A DNA stretch of 64,000 nt from Adineta vaga (Eukaryota; Animalia; Rotifera). Where the stretch lies: positions 12,772,001-12,836,000 of the forward strand of contig CP075497.1 in the NCBI GenBank assembly GCA_021613535.1, in the 5' to 3' direction. How positions within the stretch are numbered: the first letter of the stretch is position 1; every line of letters starts with the position of its first letter. Below the pieces are notes generated by a model that saw only the letters and a list, made by a program, of their open reading frames with translations, searched no databases and was not told the DNA's origin. Position numbers and translations under genes: made by a program. This document shows, in pieces, positions 25,516 to 37,815 of this stretch.

Positions 25516-28500
25516 GAGTGACAATTCCAAAATCCGTCATGAGTTGAAACTACCTCAGTAAAATGCCAATATCTCCGCTTTCCAACATCCGTTTGAGCTG
25601 ATTTTTGAAAAGCGGAGTAGATCAAACATTTCCCTCTCGAACCATATATTTTTCATTAACTTTGCACGAAATTTGAGTGAACAGTGACCGTTACAATCAG
25701 ACCTACTTTGATTTTTGTCACTTTTTATGCTCTTCCCAATTACATCTTTCCAGCAAAAATGCACGGGGCTTCTCAAACAAACATACTATGACTCATTAGA
25801 ACTGGTTATTTCTCATTGAAACTTATACCATTTGATTCGTCTCGTCGAGCTCTATCGACTGGTGTATGTTTCATTTAGATCAAACAACGTTTTTGTACTT
25901 CTTTTTCGATTTTAATCGAAAAAAGTGTGTGATGCAATTTTGACACGTGCCATTAATTCATCGCACCAGCTATTCTTCTTTTCTTATTCCATCACGCAAG
26001 CAAAAATGCATGGGATTTTCTTGATGATCAGAAAAGAAGATGTTGACGCTAGAAAAAGTTCGGAATTGTAGAAAACACTTGCTAGGACAAATGTAGCTAA
26101 ACATAAGGACTATCGATTGCCGTACGGAGAAATAAGTTCGTCGCAAGTAACTTAGTGTGGCTTCTCTTCTTCATGTGATGTATGTTCACAACAGACTTTT
26201 TAAAGAAAAACTTTTATAGAATGCAAGTTTTTAAACATGAATTAATGTCTATTGTTTGAATAAGTTTATTTTTACTGAAAAGAAAATTATTATGAAGAAT
26301 AGAATACAGATAAATAAACAATAGAAAAACAAGAATCATTAGAAAACTATAGTAAAAGATACGATTGCTATTCATTGAACTCGTTATTATGAAGAATATC
26401 ACTTGTTAATTTGATTACTGATGTAAGAGAACGAATACCAGCATCAATTTCAGGATCTTTTGAATATGTTTGACCATTATTATGAGTTTTACTTTTTGGT
26501 GGTCTTCCCCTTCTCTTTTTGGTAATGCTCGTTACTGAATTGGATGTTTGTATAACATTTGAATTATGTAAATCTAATGATTTGTCTTTTTGACCCTTTT
26601 TCTCTTCATTTTCCTCCATTTTGATTCGAACAGCTTCATTGTCAGTAATATTCAAACCAGTATTATTTGGTGAACGTTTACCACGAACTGGTTTTTGTGG
26701 TAAATTAGTTTTTTCTAATTCTTTTACTCGTTGAGAAACTAAGTTGTCCACTATCTGACGTACAGCGACGATTGGAGTTGAAGATAAAGAATAAGATGTA
26801 TCTAAATGTAAGATAAGTATTATTTATTTATATGTAAAAAAGATAGTTACCATCATTTGTCGAAGAATTAAATGATTCATTAAAAGTTTCATCACTTATA
26901 GAAAGCTTTCTTTTCTTTAATTGTTGGCTAACAGTAAGATCAAGTGGACAAGATTGTAGAGTAGTGTAAGATGAAGTAGCAGATACATGTATAAGTTCGT
27001 CATCATCGAGATAAAATGAAGGTTGCAAAGGAGTATTTCGATTAGCTTCATTTGATGATAAAAATTACTGAGGTGAATCAGTTTCTGTCGACACATCAAT
27101 ATGTTTATTGGTGGATGGAACTAAAAGCAAAACAATCCAGAATGATAACTAAATAAGGTTCCAGAAGAAATCATATCTGGTTGAAGAATGTTCGTTGGAC
27201 TGCTAGGCATCGTGGTGAATGACGTTGTCGAAACCATTGTAGTATTCCGAGCAACTTCATCACGCATCGCTTGTTCATCAAAAGGCCATATACCTACATA
27301 TGATTGAAAGCATATTAGATGGATTAAATGTAATACAATATATTTACCAGCACGTGCGAAAGAAGACACAATTCATGTTGGTGAAAATGCTCCTTGATCA
27401 ATAAATAATTTCTTCATTAAACTAGAAAAATCACCATTCTTAATATTCTTATTCCCATTTTTCATGTGATTTCGTACTATCTTAGACCAATCCTGTTTCA
27501 CCGAATTAAAGAGAACCACGTCCAATGGTTGTAATACATGTGTACAATGACTTGGAAGCATAAGACATAATTTTATGCTTTTTAAGAAGATTAATAATCT
27601 TAAGACTAATATGAGAAGTGTGTCCATCTATTACTAGTAAAAGTGGACGATTGAGATGAGCAGTGGATGGAATGAAGAGGTTTTCAAGCCGGTATTCGTA
27701 CATCGATGTATCAATCCACTCCTAAAATAAAGAATATTATTAAAGGTTAGACTGAGTATTAATTATTCATGACACGCTCTATAAAAGTAGATCTAACCCA
27801 TATCTTCTTCATTCGATAACATTTTCAAATGAGTTTTCTTCAAATACTTACCTTATTGGTTACACCATACTGTGTACCTTCTGGGCCATTTTTACACCAA
27901 GTATTCATAAGATGTTTAGCGGCATAAAGAATGAACGGAGGTAACACTTGTCCTCCAGCACTAATACATATAAGAGCCGTTCGATAATCCTTTCCACCAC
28001 CACCATTAACTTCAAAAACATGACGAGTACTTCAGTTCACTATCACCCACTGGCCTATAATACAAATTCCAAAATGAGGCAATCGTTGAACAAAAATAGA
28101 CTTACCCTTTGTCTTATCAGAAAATCCTGATTCATCAGCATTGAATATTTGATTTGGTTTCTCGAGGAGATCATGTTTCACCAAAACGTCTTTAAGTGTC
28201 TGAAACCACCCTGATCGAGTTTCTTCCGTAAAAGATTCAGCTCGAATACGTTCTAACTTTTGTTGTTTTTTACACATAATATCTTCTTTATGGCGTTTTA
28301 CAAATAAACGTAACCATTTCATTCCAGGTTTCTTTTCAATATTGAGAGTGGAAAAATATTCATTTGCCAGTTCCAATGCCACGTCTTTTGAAAGATCGAA
28401 ACCACATTCTGGAAGAATTCTCAACAGCGAAACAAAATAAGATTCTTGATCTTTTGTTAAGTATGATGGGCGACCAGCGCCTATTTTTAGATGTGGTTTT

Positions 28501-29784
28501 CGACGATGTTTACGGATCGTACTTGCAGGCACATGAAATTGTAATCGACCGCCTTTGGAAATCAAACCACTTTTAACCGCATTCATGAGATCTTGAGGTG
28601 TATAGTCCTTCGGCATTATTTAAGAAGGTCGTATCATTAGGTGTTGCGATTTCTATCTGTATTTCTAACATATGAAGACGACTATTTATACGAATGATCG
28701 ACAAAGACGGGATTATTACGAACTTTTTTTTACGAACATAGAAAAGAAAGAACGCAAGACAGCCTGGCCATAGTCGAGAAAGAGAGACGAATAAGAGAAA
28801 CAAGGACAATAAGATACAATCGTATAACGACACGTTGAAAAACAATTTTTCTCGAGAATAAAAATGACAATCAAAGCAATAAATTTTAACTCCGCATGAT
28901 TACGATAATTACTTTCACAACACACTGATTAAATGATTGTTTCATGATCACTTACATTTATTGGATCTACCAATTACAGGACGTGTAACATAATTTGTCT
29001 AATTAGTTTCCACGTGACAAAATATGTCTCCTTTCGCATTTTTATTTTTGAATGCATCTTATCCATGATTTAACTGAACGAAGTGTTCGCTGTATGATAA
29101 AATTATTCTAGCACTATATCACCATTGTCAAGCCAGAATTAGTGGAGAGACTTGGAGAAAAGTTGATTGTTCCCTAAACCAATCGATAGTCCTTATGTTT
29201 AGCTACATTTGTCCTAGCAAGTGTTTTCTACAATTCCGAACTTTTTCTAGCGTCAACATCTTCTTTTCTGATCATCAAGAAAATCCCATGCATTTTTGCT
29301 TGCGTGATGGAATAAGGAAAGAAGAATAGCTGGTGCGATGAATTAATGGCACGTGTCAAAATTGCATCACACACTTTTTTCGATTAAAATCGAAAAAGAA
29401 GTACAAAAACGTTGTTTTATCTAAATGAAACATACACCAGTCGATAGAGCTCGACGAGACGAATCAAATGGTATAAGTTTCAATGAGAAATAACCAGTTT
29501 TAATGAGTCATAATATGTTTGTTTGAGAAGCCCCGTGCATTTTTGCTGGAAAGATGTAATTGGGAAGAGCATAAAAAGTGACAAAAATCAAAGTAGGTCT
29601 GATTGTAACGGTCACTGTTCACTCAAATTTCGTGCAAAGTTAATGAAAAATATATGGTTCGAGAGGGAAATGTTTGATCTACTCCGCTTTTCAAAAATCA
29701 GCTCAAACGGATGTTGGGAAGCGGAGATATTACGCTTTTAGTAGCAATTTTCAAAACTGATGATGGAATTAGAGCTTCGCACTC
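25516..29784 (-). mobile_element. pogo/Tigger-type DNA transposon, 4269 bp, with about 604-bp TIRs and TA target duplication
   Basis: TIRs 25516-26119 and 29180-29784, ending GAGTG...CACTC; TA at 25514-25515 and 29785-29786; internal DDE_1-type transposase. Confidence 0.93.
26368..28616 (-). pseudogene. pogo-like transposase (HTH_psq + CENP-B-like HTH + DDD), spliced, with stops and a frameshift
   Basis: VPASTIRK, GRPSYLT, FNADESGF, LVIDGHTSH, HVLQPLDV; TGA at 28032-28034, frameshift near 27570, stop at 27373. Confidence 0.88.
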
Positions 29785-30607
29785 TATTGTCGAATAAGAG
29801 TTTTTCGATCATTATAATTTTCGATTTCTTCGAGCATTTTTTTTGCTGTTTCGGTTTGTTTAAATTGTGTTCGATAATAATGAATAAATTCTTTTCGGGA
29901 TTCTTGATTATATTTCACATCAATAAATATATCTTTCAGTAATTTAATATACATAAATGACGAATCAAGATGATCGAGATCTGATTGTTTCAGAAAAACT
30001 AAAGAAAAAGGAATAATTTTAGTTATTGGAATAAAATCTTCTTCAATTCGTTTTATTTGAAGAAGAATACGACGAGATAATAATGATAGATCAACAAATA
30101 TTCCTTTCACTTTTCTAAATTTTTCTTGAAATGCTTCAATCGAATGAGATGGATTATTTGAAGAATAAATAAAAATCGAACGAACTTCTTCCAATTTATC
30201 CAGTTGACAAAGAATTTGTTCATTATTTGAAATAATAATAAATATGATTTCATTTTCACTTTGTTTCTTTTCAATTAAAATATTATCAACATTTGAAAAT
30301 GAAACAATTTGTGCATGAGGAAAAAGTATCTCTTCTAATACTGGATTGACACAAGTGAAATGAACCCAAACCGTGAAAACTTTCTTAACAAATCGCATTG
30401 AGTTTGACTTCGATTGATAATCATTTTCAGACATCAGTTTTTTTGTTTATCAAAATTGCAGAATAACAACAAATGTGAGTTGTAATCTATTCTTTTTGCC
30501 GTTCTCATAAGCAAAGGAACAGGTGCTTCTTTTATTAATTTGATTTAATTGAAGTTTTATACTTTTTCTGTTCTTAGCATATGTGGCCTGATGAAAAACA
30601 GAATAGC

Positions 30608-30667
30608 GAGGATGTGGGTGTAGGTATGAGGATTACATTGAATGATCATCAACACACCCACACCCTC
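30608..30667. repeat. Inverted telomere-like hexamer motif
   Basis: GAGGA TGTGGG TGTAGG TATGAG-spacer-ACACA CCCACA CCCTC. Confidence 0.85.
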
Positions 30668-30951
30668 TTCGACTTCATATCTCATTTTACAAAAATACTA
30701 GTACAAGAGAAGTCACGATCGTCCTAAGATAGAAACACAACAATATAATTTTTAATCCATTTAAATTGAACAGCTATTCGTTTTATAACCGATCAGAGTC
30801 AATTTTACTTAACAGATTATACTCAGTTTTAAACAACTTTAATGAATTAATATGTAAGCATGATGAGTGCACTACCCTTGTCCCATGTGTATTCTTTTCT
30901 AATGATTAACAATGAGTTCAATTGTAAAAAAAATTCAAGTTAAATAATCAG

Positions 30952-33900
30952 CTATTTACATCTGTTCAAAAAAACAGACAAGTCGCTAGACACCACGTTG
31001 ATTACAATCAGATCAATTTTCTTATCATTATTGAGATCACCGGATAGCAGAGAGATTGGTCCAGTTCCGACCGTACCTTTTACTTGAAACTGAAACGATC
31101 CATCCCCATTGCCTAGTAATACACTGACGGTGTTCTCGCCAGAGTTAGCGACAGCCAAATCCAGTTTTGTGTCATTGTTAAAGTCAACTGATATTACGAA
31201 TTGTGGTAAACTGCCAACCGTATAGTTCTTTTGGGACTGAAACGATCCATCACCATTACCTAGTAATACGCTAACGGTGTTATCTCCGTAATTGGCTAAT
31301 ACCAAATCCAATTTTTTGTCGTTGTTAAAATCAGCTGATATCACCGAGTATGGTAAGCTTCCAGTTTTATATTTTGTCTGTGTCTCAAAGCTCCCATTTC
31401 CGTGACCAAGAAGTACACTGACAGTATTGTTTCTGTAATTGGCTACCGCTAGATCTAGTTTATTATCATTATTAAAATCGCCGGATATCACAGAGTATGG
31501 TACGCTACCAACCGTATAGTTCTCCTGAGTCTGAAAAGATCCATCACCATTGCCCAGCAAAATACTGACAGTGTCATCGCCAGAATTGGTCAATGCTAGA
31601 TCTAGTTTGCTATCATAGTTAAAGTCAACTGATATCACAGAGTACGGACTCGTACCAACTGTATAATTCTTCTGAATCTGGAAGATGCTATTCTCGTTAC
31701 CAAGTAGGATACTGACGGTATTGTCACCATAATTTGTCACTGCCAGATCAAGTTTTGAATCATTGTTAAGATCAGCTGATATGACGGACTGTGGCAAGCT
31801 ACCAACTGGATAGTTCTTCTGTGTTTGAAATGTTCCGTCGCCACCACCATGCAATACACTGACAGTATCATCACCAGAATTGGTCACCACCAGATCTAAT
31901 TTGCTATCATAGTTAAAGTCAACTGATATCACAGAGTACGGACTCGTACCAACTGTATACTTCTTCTGAGTCCGAAATGTCCCGTTGCCACTGCCAAGCA
32001 GAACGCTAACGGTATTGTCTCCATAGCTGGTCGCTACCAGATCCAGTTTTGTATCATTATTAACGTCAGCTGATATGACAGAATATGGATAGATACCACA
32101 TGTATAGTTTATTTGAACCTGAAAACATCCATCACCATTACCTATCAAAATACTAATGGTGTTCTCGCCAGTGTTGGCCACTGCCAGATCAAGTTTTGAA
32201 TCATTATTAAAATCAGCTGATATGACAGACTGTGGTAAGCTGCCAACTGTATAGTTCTTCTGCGATTGAAATGATCCATCACCGTTGCCTAGCAAAATAC
32301 TAACAGTGTTGTCTCCGAAGTTAACCACAGCTAGATCCAGTTTGTTATCATTATTAAACTGACCTGAGATCACAGAATAGGGATTCCTACCAACTGTATA
32401 GTTCTTCTGTATCTCAAAGCTTCCAGCCCCATTGCCAAGTAGTACATTGACAACATTGTCGACAGAACTGGTTACTGCTAAATCTAGTTTGTTGTCATTA
32501 TTAAAATCACCGGATATCACGGAGTATGGTAGGCTTCCAGTTTTATATTTCGTCTGAGTTGGAAAAGTTCCATATGAATTACCAAGCAGGACGCTGATAG
32601 TATTGTCGCCCGAATTTGTCACAATTAGATCTAGTTTATTGTCGTTGTTAAAATCAGCTGCTATCAATGACTGTGGTAATCTACCAACTCTGTAGTTTTT
32701 TTGAGACTGCACTGTTCCATTTGCGTCCCCAAGTAATATAGTGACGGTATCTGCAAAATTTGTCACTGCCAGATCAAATTTTGAATCATTATTAAAATCA
32801 GCTGAAATGACAAAGTATGGATTTCTACCAACTGAATAGATTGGAATGTGAAACGTTCCATCCTCATTGCTAAGTAACATAGTAACGTCGTTAGTTTCTT
32901 GTTGGACGACGATCATATCTAATTGTTTATTATTCGTAAAGTAGCCTAGTGTGCCAGATACTGGACTGTGTCCAATCTTATAAGTATCGGGTACTGCAAA
33001 TGGTACATTGAATGGTGCATCGCACACATGCACTAAAATAAGAAGACAATATTGAAAAATACATTGAATATAGTATAGTTCATACACGTTTGTCTACATG
33101 AATTTTTTAACAGTATGGAATAATTTAGTATTTACTACATACCACTGATACTTTGTATGTTTACAACAAGATGAAAATGACTTATCGATTCTGATCTATC
33201 AATTTCAATGCTCTATTTCGTACCTGTTTCTTTGAAGTTGGATCTTGTTCCTAAAACAGAACCAAGAATAACTACCATGATGGATACAGTGGCCGCTAAA
33301 CAGATCGGAATGGCAAATCTTTTCTTACGATACCAATCACGTCTAGTAAACAGCAATGAAAAATTTTATAAAATTCAGTTAGAAAACAATAAGTTTATTC
33401 TTACTTAGTTTTAGGATAAAAATTAGCACCTAATTATAAAAATACTATTAATTTAAATTAAATGATAAAAAATGTTTAAAATACCTTTGAATGGAGCTTC
33501 CAATAACACTGTCTTTGATATTATCTGTTTCAAATGAATAATATGAAGATCAGGCGCGGGACTTAAATGCGATTGAACAATCATATGTGTGCCAGGTAGA
33601 AGAAGAATTTCATCTTCGTTAGGAAAATGTGAATGAGCAGTTATTGATCGACTATTAATAGCTTCTACAGAAAATAATGTTCGCTTGCCAGTATTACCCA
33701 AATATATGTCATTCGTAAGTACACTCATTTCAGCAGTACAAGATGAAAATGCCCACCATGTCACTATAGTGCCGATTGGATAGTCTGCACTCAAATCTTT
33801 AGTTACACCTCGCCAGATAGTTCGCTGTGGAATACATCGTAATTTGACTAAAGCAGTCAACAATAATTTGAGATATTTAAAGTAAGGTCGAAGATTTTCG

Positions 33901-34469
33901 CGATTTTTTTCCATGAGAGCTTGATTGAGCCTCGAATAAAGACTTCGTTGAGATAGCGGCCATTCCATTGTGTACAGACGAATTGCAGCACTCTCATCGA
34001 TTGTTAATCCATCAGGTGGCTGCTCCAATGTTTCGTCGAGTGCTAATTTAACACTATGTGATAAATTGTTAACGATTGTATCTAGTGGAGCACATGCTTT
34101 GGAAAGTGGTAGTAAAGGCTCTGCGGCATATCCGAAAATAGGACCAAGTTCTGGTTCACTACCATTGACAATATTTGTAGTCACCGAAATTGGTTCTCCA
34201 CTGTGAGTTTCTATTAGTCGACATTTTTTCTTCATGAAGTTGTCTACTATATCATCTGAATAATCCACTGTTATTTTGATTCCTTTACTTGGTTCGGATA
34301 TTCTTTCTTGATTCAAATTCACATGTTCTATATCAGTTTTTTTTGACAAGTCATTCTCGATATTGACGTTTTCATTTATTACTTGTTGATAATCAGCCAT
34401 TGTCGTTAACTCAATTTGAGGTTGTTCATTTTTCGTCGCAACTTGTTCTTTATTATCACGATGTTGCAT
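30952..34469 (-). CDS. Type II membrane protein: cytoplasmic ART domain, TM helix, 14 FG-GAP/VCBS-like repeats (single spliced gene)
   Basis: Exons 34469-33485, 33429-33405, 33342-33224 and 33032-30952 join with compatible phases. ART motifs IWRGV, FSSCT, NEDEILL. TM segment RKKRFAIPICLAATVSIMVVILGSVLG. 14 DFNNDxKLD-type repeats about 49 aa apart. Confidence 0.85.
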
Positions 34470-34596
34470 TTTTTTCTCTATATTGTCCTTTAGATCAGTA
34501 TCGATGCTTAAAAACAAACATACAAATATCTCTCATGATAAAAACATCTTCACTTTTTTTTTCGATTATCCTCAATGCATTCTCACTACAGATATA

Positions 34597-34644
34597 TTGA
34601 GGGTGTGGGTTTAGGTCTAGCATTAACTTTCTCCCGATGACCTC
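34597..34644. repeat. Inverted telomere-like hexamer motif (strong left arm, weak right arm)
   Basis: TTGAGGG TGTGGG TTTAGG ... ctcccgatgacctc. Confidence 0.6.
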
Positions 34645-35242
34645 TATCGAAAATAATGGTCAAGAAATACTCGAATACAGTGCTAACGTAATACTTACAT
34701 TCTTTTACATGAATCTCTATTGAATTGATACTAACTTGTTTAACTCTATACGTAGTACTCCCAAGCCTATTTCTAGCGATAAAAATTGGAATGCATTTTA
34801 AGAAAACTATTTTTTTCTATTGAATAAAATGAAATCATTTTTAGAAAATTCCAATGTTCTTTGTATCTATTTTGAAATAATACATAAAGAAAACTTACTT
34901 ATCTTATTGATTATTCAATTTGATCAAATCGGAATGTTTTGTATAAGTTCGAAATAATCTCTGAAGAATAAACGTTTTTTCACTTTTATTTTGTATCGAA
35001 ACACGTGGATTAATAATGCTTTGTTGTATTCTTTTTATTTGTAATATACATGGATGATTTTACTGCTGTTCATATTACTAATCTAAAAGAATAAATCAAT
35101 ACATTAATAAAAAATTAATTCTATTTTTTATATAATATTCTCATAAAATCTTAAAATTTATGTATGAATTTTTTTATACGATATTTTACAGAAAAAATAT
35201 CCGCAATAATTCTATGACGTAAAACACCTTTCGATGATAATA

Positions 35243-35396
35243 ACAATAATGACGTTTATGAATCTTTTATACTTTTCAATCGATACAACGAACAATGAGT
35301 AAAATAAAGGTAATTTTTTGTTTATCAAAGAAAGTGCATTATTTTACTCACGTAGAATAGATATTTATATCTTATTTATAAATGAGTAACAAATAT
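35243..35396 (+). promoter_or_regulatory. About 150-bp upstream block with an inverted near-identical copy at 37219-37372
   Basis: About 90% or more identity by eye to the reverse complement of 37219-37372; each copy lies 5' of one of two convergent paralogs. Confidence 0.8.
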
Positions 35397-35525
35397 CTAA
35401 GTTGATCGGTTTGTTTTTTTTATAAGAGATTTTATCATCATAATAACATTCATTCTCCTATGAACTTATATTATTTTCATATAATAAGAATTAATTTACT
35501 CATGAAATATTTCAGATATTAACAA

Positions 35526-36145
35526 ATGGAAATTATGGCGTATCGAATAGTGGTATTGTGTTTGTTTTTAATGTTAATTGTACATTTTGTACGTTGTGAT
35601 TCAAAATGTGCAGATGAATATGCAGCAAAGGCTGAAAAATCAAGAAATTCCTGTGAACAATCACATCCAGATTCTTCAGAATATTGTACTCGTGGTTATC
35701 AAACATTTATCAATAGTATTCCACGTCTTTGTCAAAATAATAATCGAAAAAAAAGAAGCGAGTAAGAAAAATAAACTTTCAAAAACAATTTTCATTTGAT
35801 TTATCTTTTTTTGTTTTAGTGATGAAAATAATTGTATTTATTCTGCAACTTTTCAAAATTATATATGTGTAACATCAGATTATATCTATCAACTTGGTTT
35901 AGCTGTTTCTGCACCTTGTAATACAAATAATCAAGGTCAACAAAAATGTGCAGGACTCATAACAACCATTATGTGTGTTTTCAGTACGTAAAAAAAAGAA
36001 ATAAATATTTATAATAATAATTTATTTCAATTTAGATCAATGGACAATACAACAAATTTGTCCATCAGGAACAACATGTTTAACTGTCGTAGGATTGGTT
36101 CAAAATATTTTATGCGGATTATTAAATCCATCATTAGGACGATAG
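35526..36145 (+). CDS. Small secreted Cys-rich preproprotein A (furin site RKKR; C-terminal CBM19-like module), 3 exons
   Basis: Signal peptide; exons 35526-35761, 35820-35982 and 36036-36145 give ..RKKRS DDENNC..YIYQLG..PC..GQQKCAG..MCVFNQWTIQQICPSGTTC. Confidence 0.8.
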
Positions 36146-36220
36146 TTTTTATTTGATTATATGTATTTATTCTAAGAAATTTTTCAAAATAAAAAATACA
36201 CATTAAAGTAAATTAGATAT

Positions 36221-36271
36221 TAAGGGTGGGACGTGTGTGAGAATGAAGGTCAAAAGAACACCCACATCCTC
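36221..36271. repeat. Inverted telomere-like hexamer motif
   Basis: TAAGGG TGGGACGTGTG TGAG-spacer-ACA CCCACA TCCTC. Confidence 0.75.
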
Positions 36272-36342
36272 TATAATATTTTATTTATTATGAATATTAA
36301 ATATAGATCCTTTTTCTTGATATTATAATCTTTTTAATGTTA

Positions 36343-36954
36343 TTAAAGACAATAAACATGTTGATTGGATGTTGATTGACGCTGACATGTTGTTCCTTGT
36401 TCACAGATATCTGTTATTATCCATTCATCTATATAATAAGAAACTTGTATTAGAAAAAACATCGATATTTTTATTTTGTTTAACAAACCTTTAGTACAAG
36501 TTATAAATCCCATATTTCCAACACATTTCTGTTTACCATTATTAAACTTTTTACAAGGTTCGTAGGAAGCTTCACCGAGTTGATAAATGAATTCTGGCGT
36601 AATACATAAAGTTTTGTTTAAACTTTCTGAAAATGTACAATCGCTATTTTCACTTGAAGAAAAATAAATTATAAAAACAAAAATAAAGTTGAAATTAATT
36701 TTTTCTTACCCGCTTCGTTTTCTTCGAGATATACATAAAGATCGAACAGATTTTTTCATCACTTGATCACCTACAGAACAATATTTCGTTCCATGTTCTC
36801 CGATTGCTATACAACCAGATCTTCTCGTTTTTATAACATTATTTAAAACATTAGCTTCACAATTTTTTACAGTAGGAACTGTTGATAATGATTTCATTTG
36901 TAGAAATATCAAAAGTAAACCGAATATAACCATTTTATAGATCGTATTTATCAT
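36343..36954 (-). CDS. Small secreted Cys-rich preproprotein B, convergent paralog of A, 3 exons
   Basis: Same intron positions as A; ..RRKRSG ENSDC..FIYQLG..PC..GKQKCVG..TCTKDEWIITDICEQGTTC. Confidence 0.8.
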
Positions 36955-37218
36955 TTCTTCCAGCTTCTTTGTATATAAAGATCTTAAAACAAGGACAAAT
37001 TGATCGTAATCTTTAATTTACTCCTTATTTCATCTAAACTCTTATACTATTCGATCCTACTTCGATTTCAGTCTCAAATTCACACTCATATCTCAATGTA
37101 TCTGATAATAAGAGATTATAATTAATTTCAAAATAAATACACTTACTTATTCTATTATAGTAAAATAAAAGATGTATTTGCACTCACATATAAAAATATT
37201 CTATTGAGTAAAATATAT

Positions 37219-37372
37219 ATATTTATTACTCATTTATAAATAAGATATAAATATCTATTCTACGTGAGCAAAATAACGCACTTTCTTTGATAAACAAAAC
37301 ATTACCTTTGTTTTACTCATTGTTCGTTGTATCGATTGAAAAATATAAAAGATTAACAGACGTCATTATTGT
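37219..37372 (-). promoter_or_regulatory. Inverted copy of the 35243-35396 upstream block
   Basis: Direct sequence comparison with 35243-35396. Confidence 0.8.
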
Positions 37373-37702
37373 CAAAAAGGTATTTTAGTTATACTCTTTC
37401 ATCTTCAAAAGAAAACAATTTCTTCTAATTTTTTACGAGAATCCACATCGAGAAGAAATTCAAATCTTAACCAGTTTTAAATCAACTTCTGTTTCTGATT
37501 TCTATTTTCTTCATCAGAAATTTAGCTCTCGGTGGAAATCATTTTTTATTCAATTCGAATGCGAAATAGTGACACATTGATATCAGCAATCGACTTTATA
37601 GGAAAATATGAAAATTGTTCTTTAAAACCATCTGATAATTGATCACCATTCATATAATTAATCGTAATCATTATTAAAGAATGGAAAATGAAAAATGCAA
37701 GA

Positions 37703-37753
37703 TTGAAGATGGATGAGTATTGAGAGAAGATAGACACCTACACCCACCCTCAA
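37703..37753. repeat. Inverted telomere-like hexamer motif
   Basis: TTGAAGATGGATGAG-spacer-CA CCTACA CCCA CCCTCAA. Confidence 0.75.
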
Positions 37754-37815
37754 GAACTATGATTGAAAGAAATCTTTTGATTTTATTTATTTTATTGATT
37801 AACAAAAGTTGATTA

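Larger units (their letters stand above)
24230..30434 (-). pseudogene. ART-TPR paralog disrupted by a pogo element and multiple stops/frameshifts
   Basis: The 5' part 29787-30434 rejoins in frame (..LIRQ-Y-TSPSSLFGLLNEALR) when the element and one TA are removed. Downstream lesions are NSFL*TT and EKEVLFSM*. TPRs lie at 24306-24812. Confidence 0.85.

Noticed and set aside
25555-29741. Near-identical 72-73 aa ORFs at 25555-25776 and 29523-29741
   Set aside because: They lie inside the two TIRs of the pogo element and start at TTG; not genes.
30586-30612. CTGATGA suggesting a hammerhead ribozyme (also near 5699 and 5718)
   Set aside because: I could not find the flanking stems and a correctly placed GAAA core by eye.
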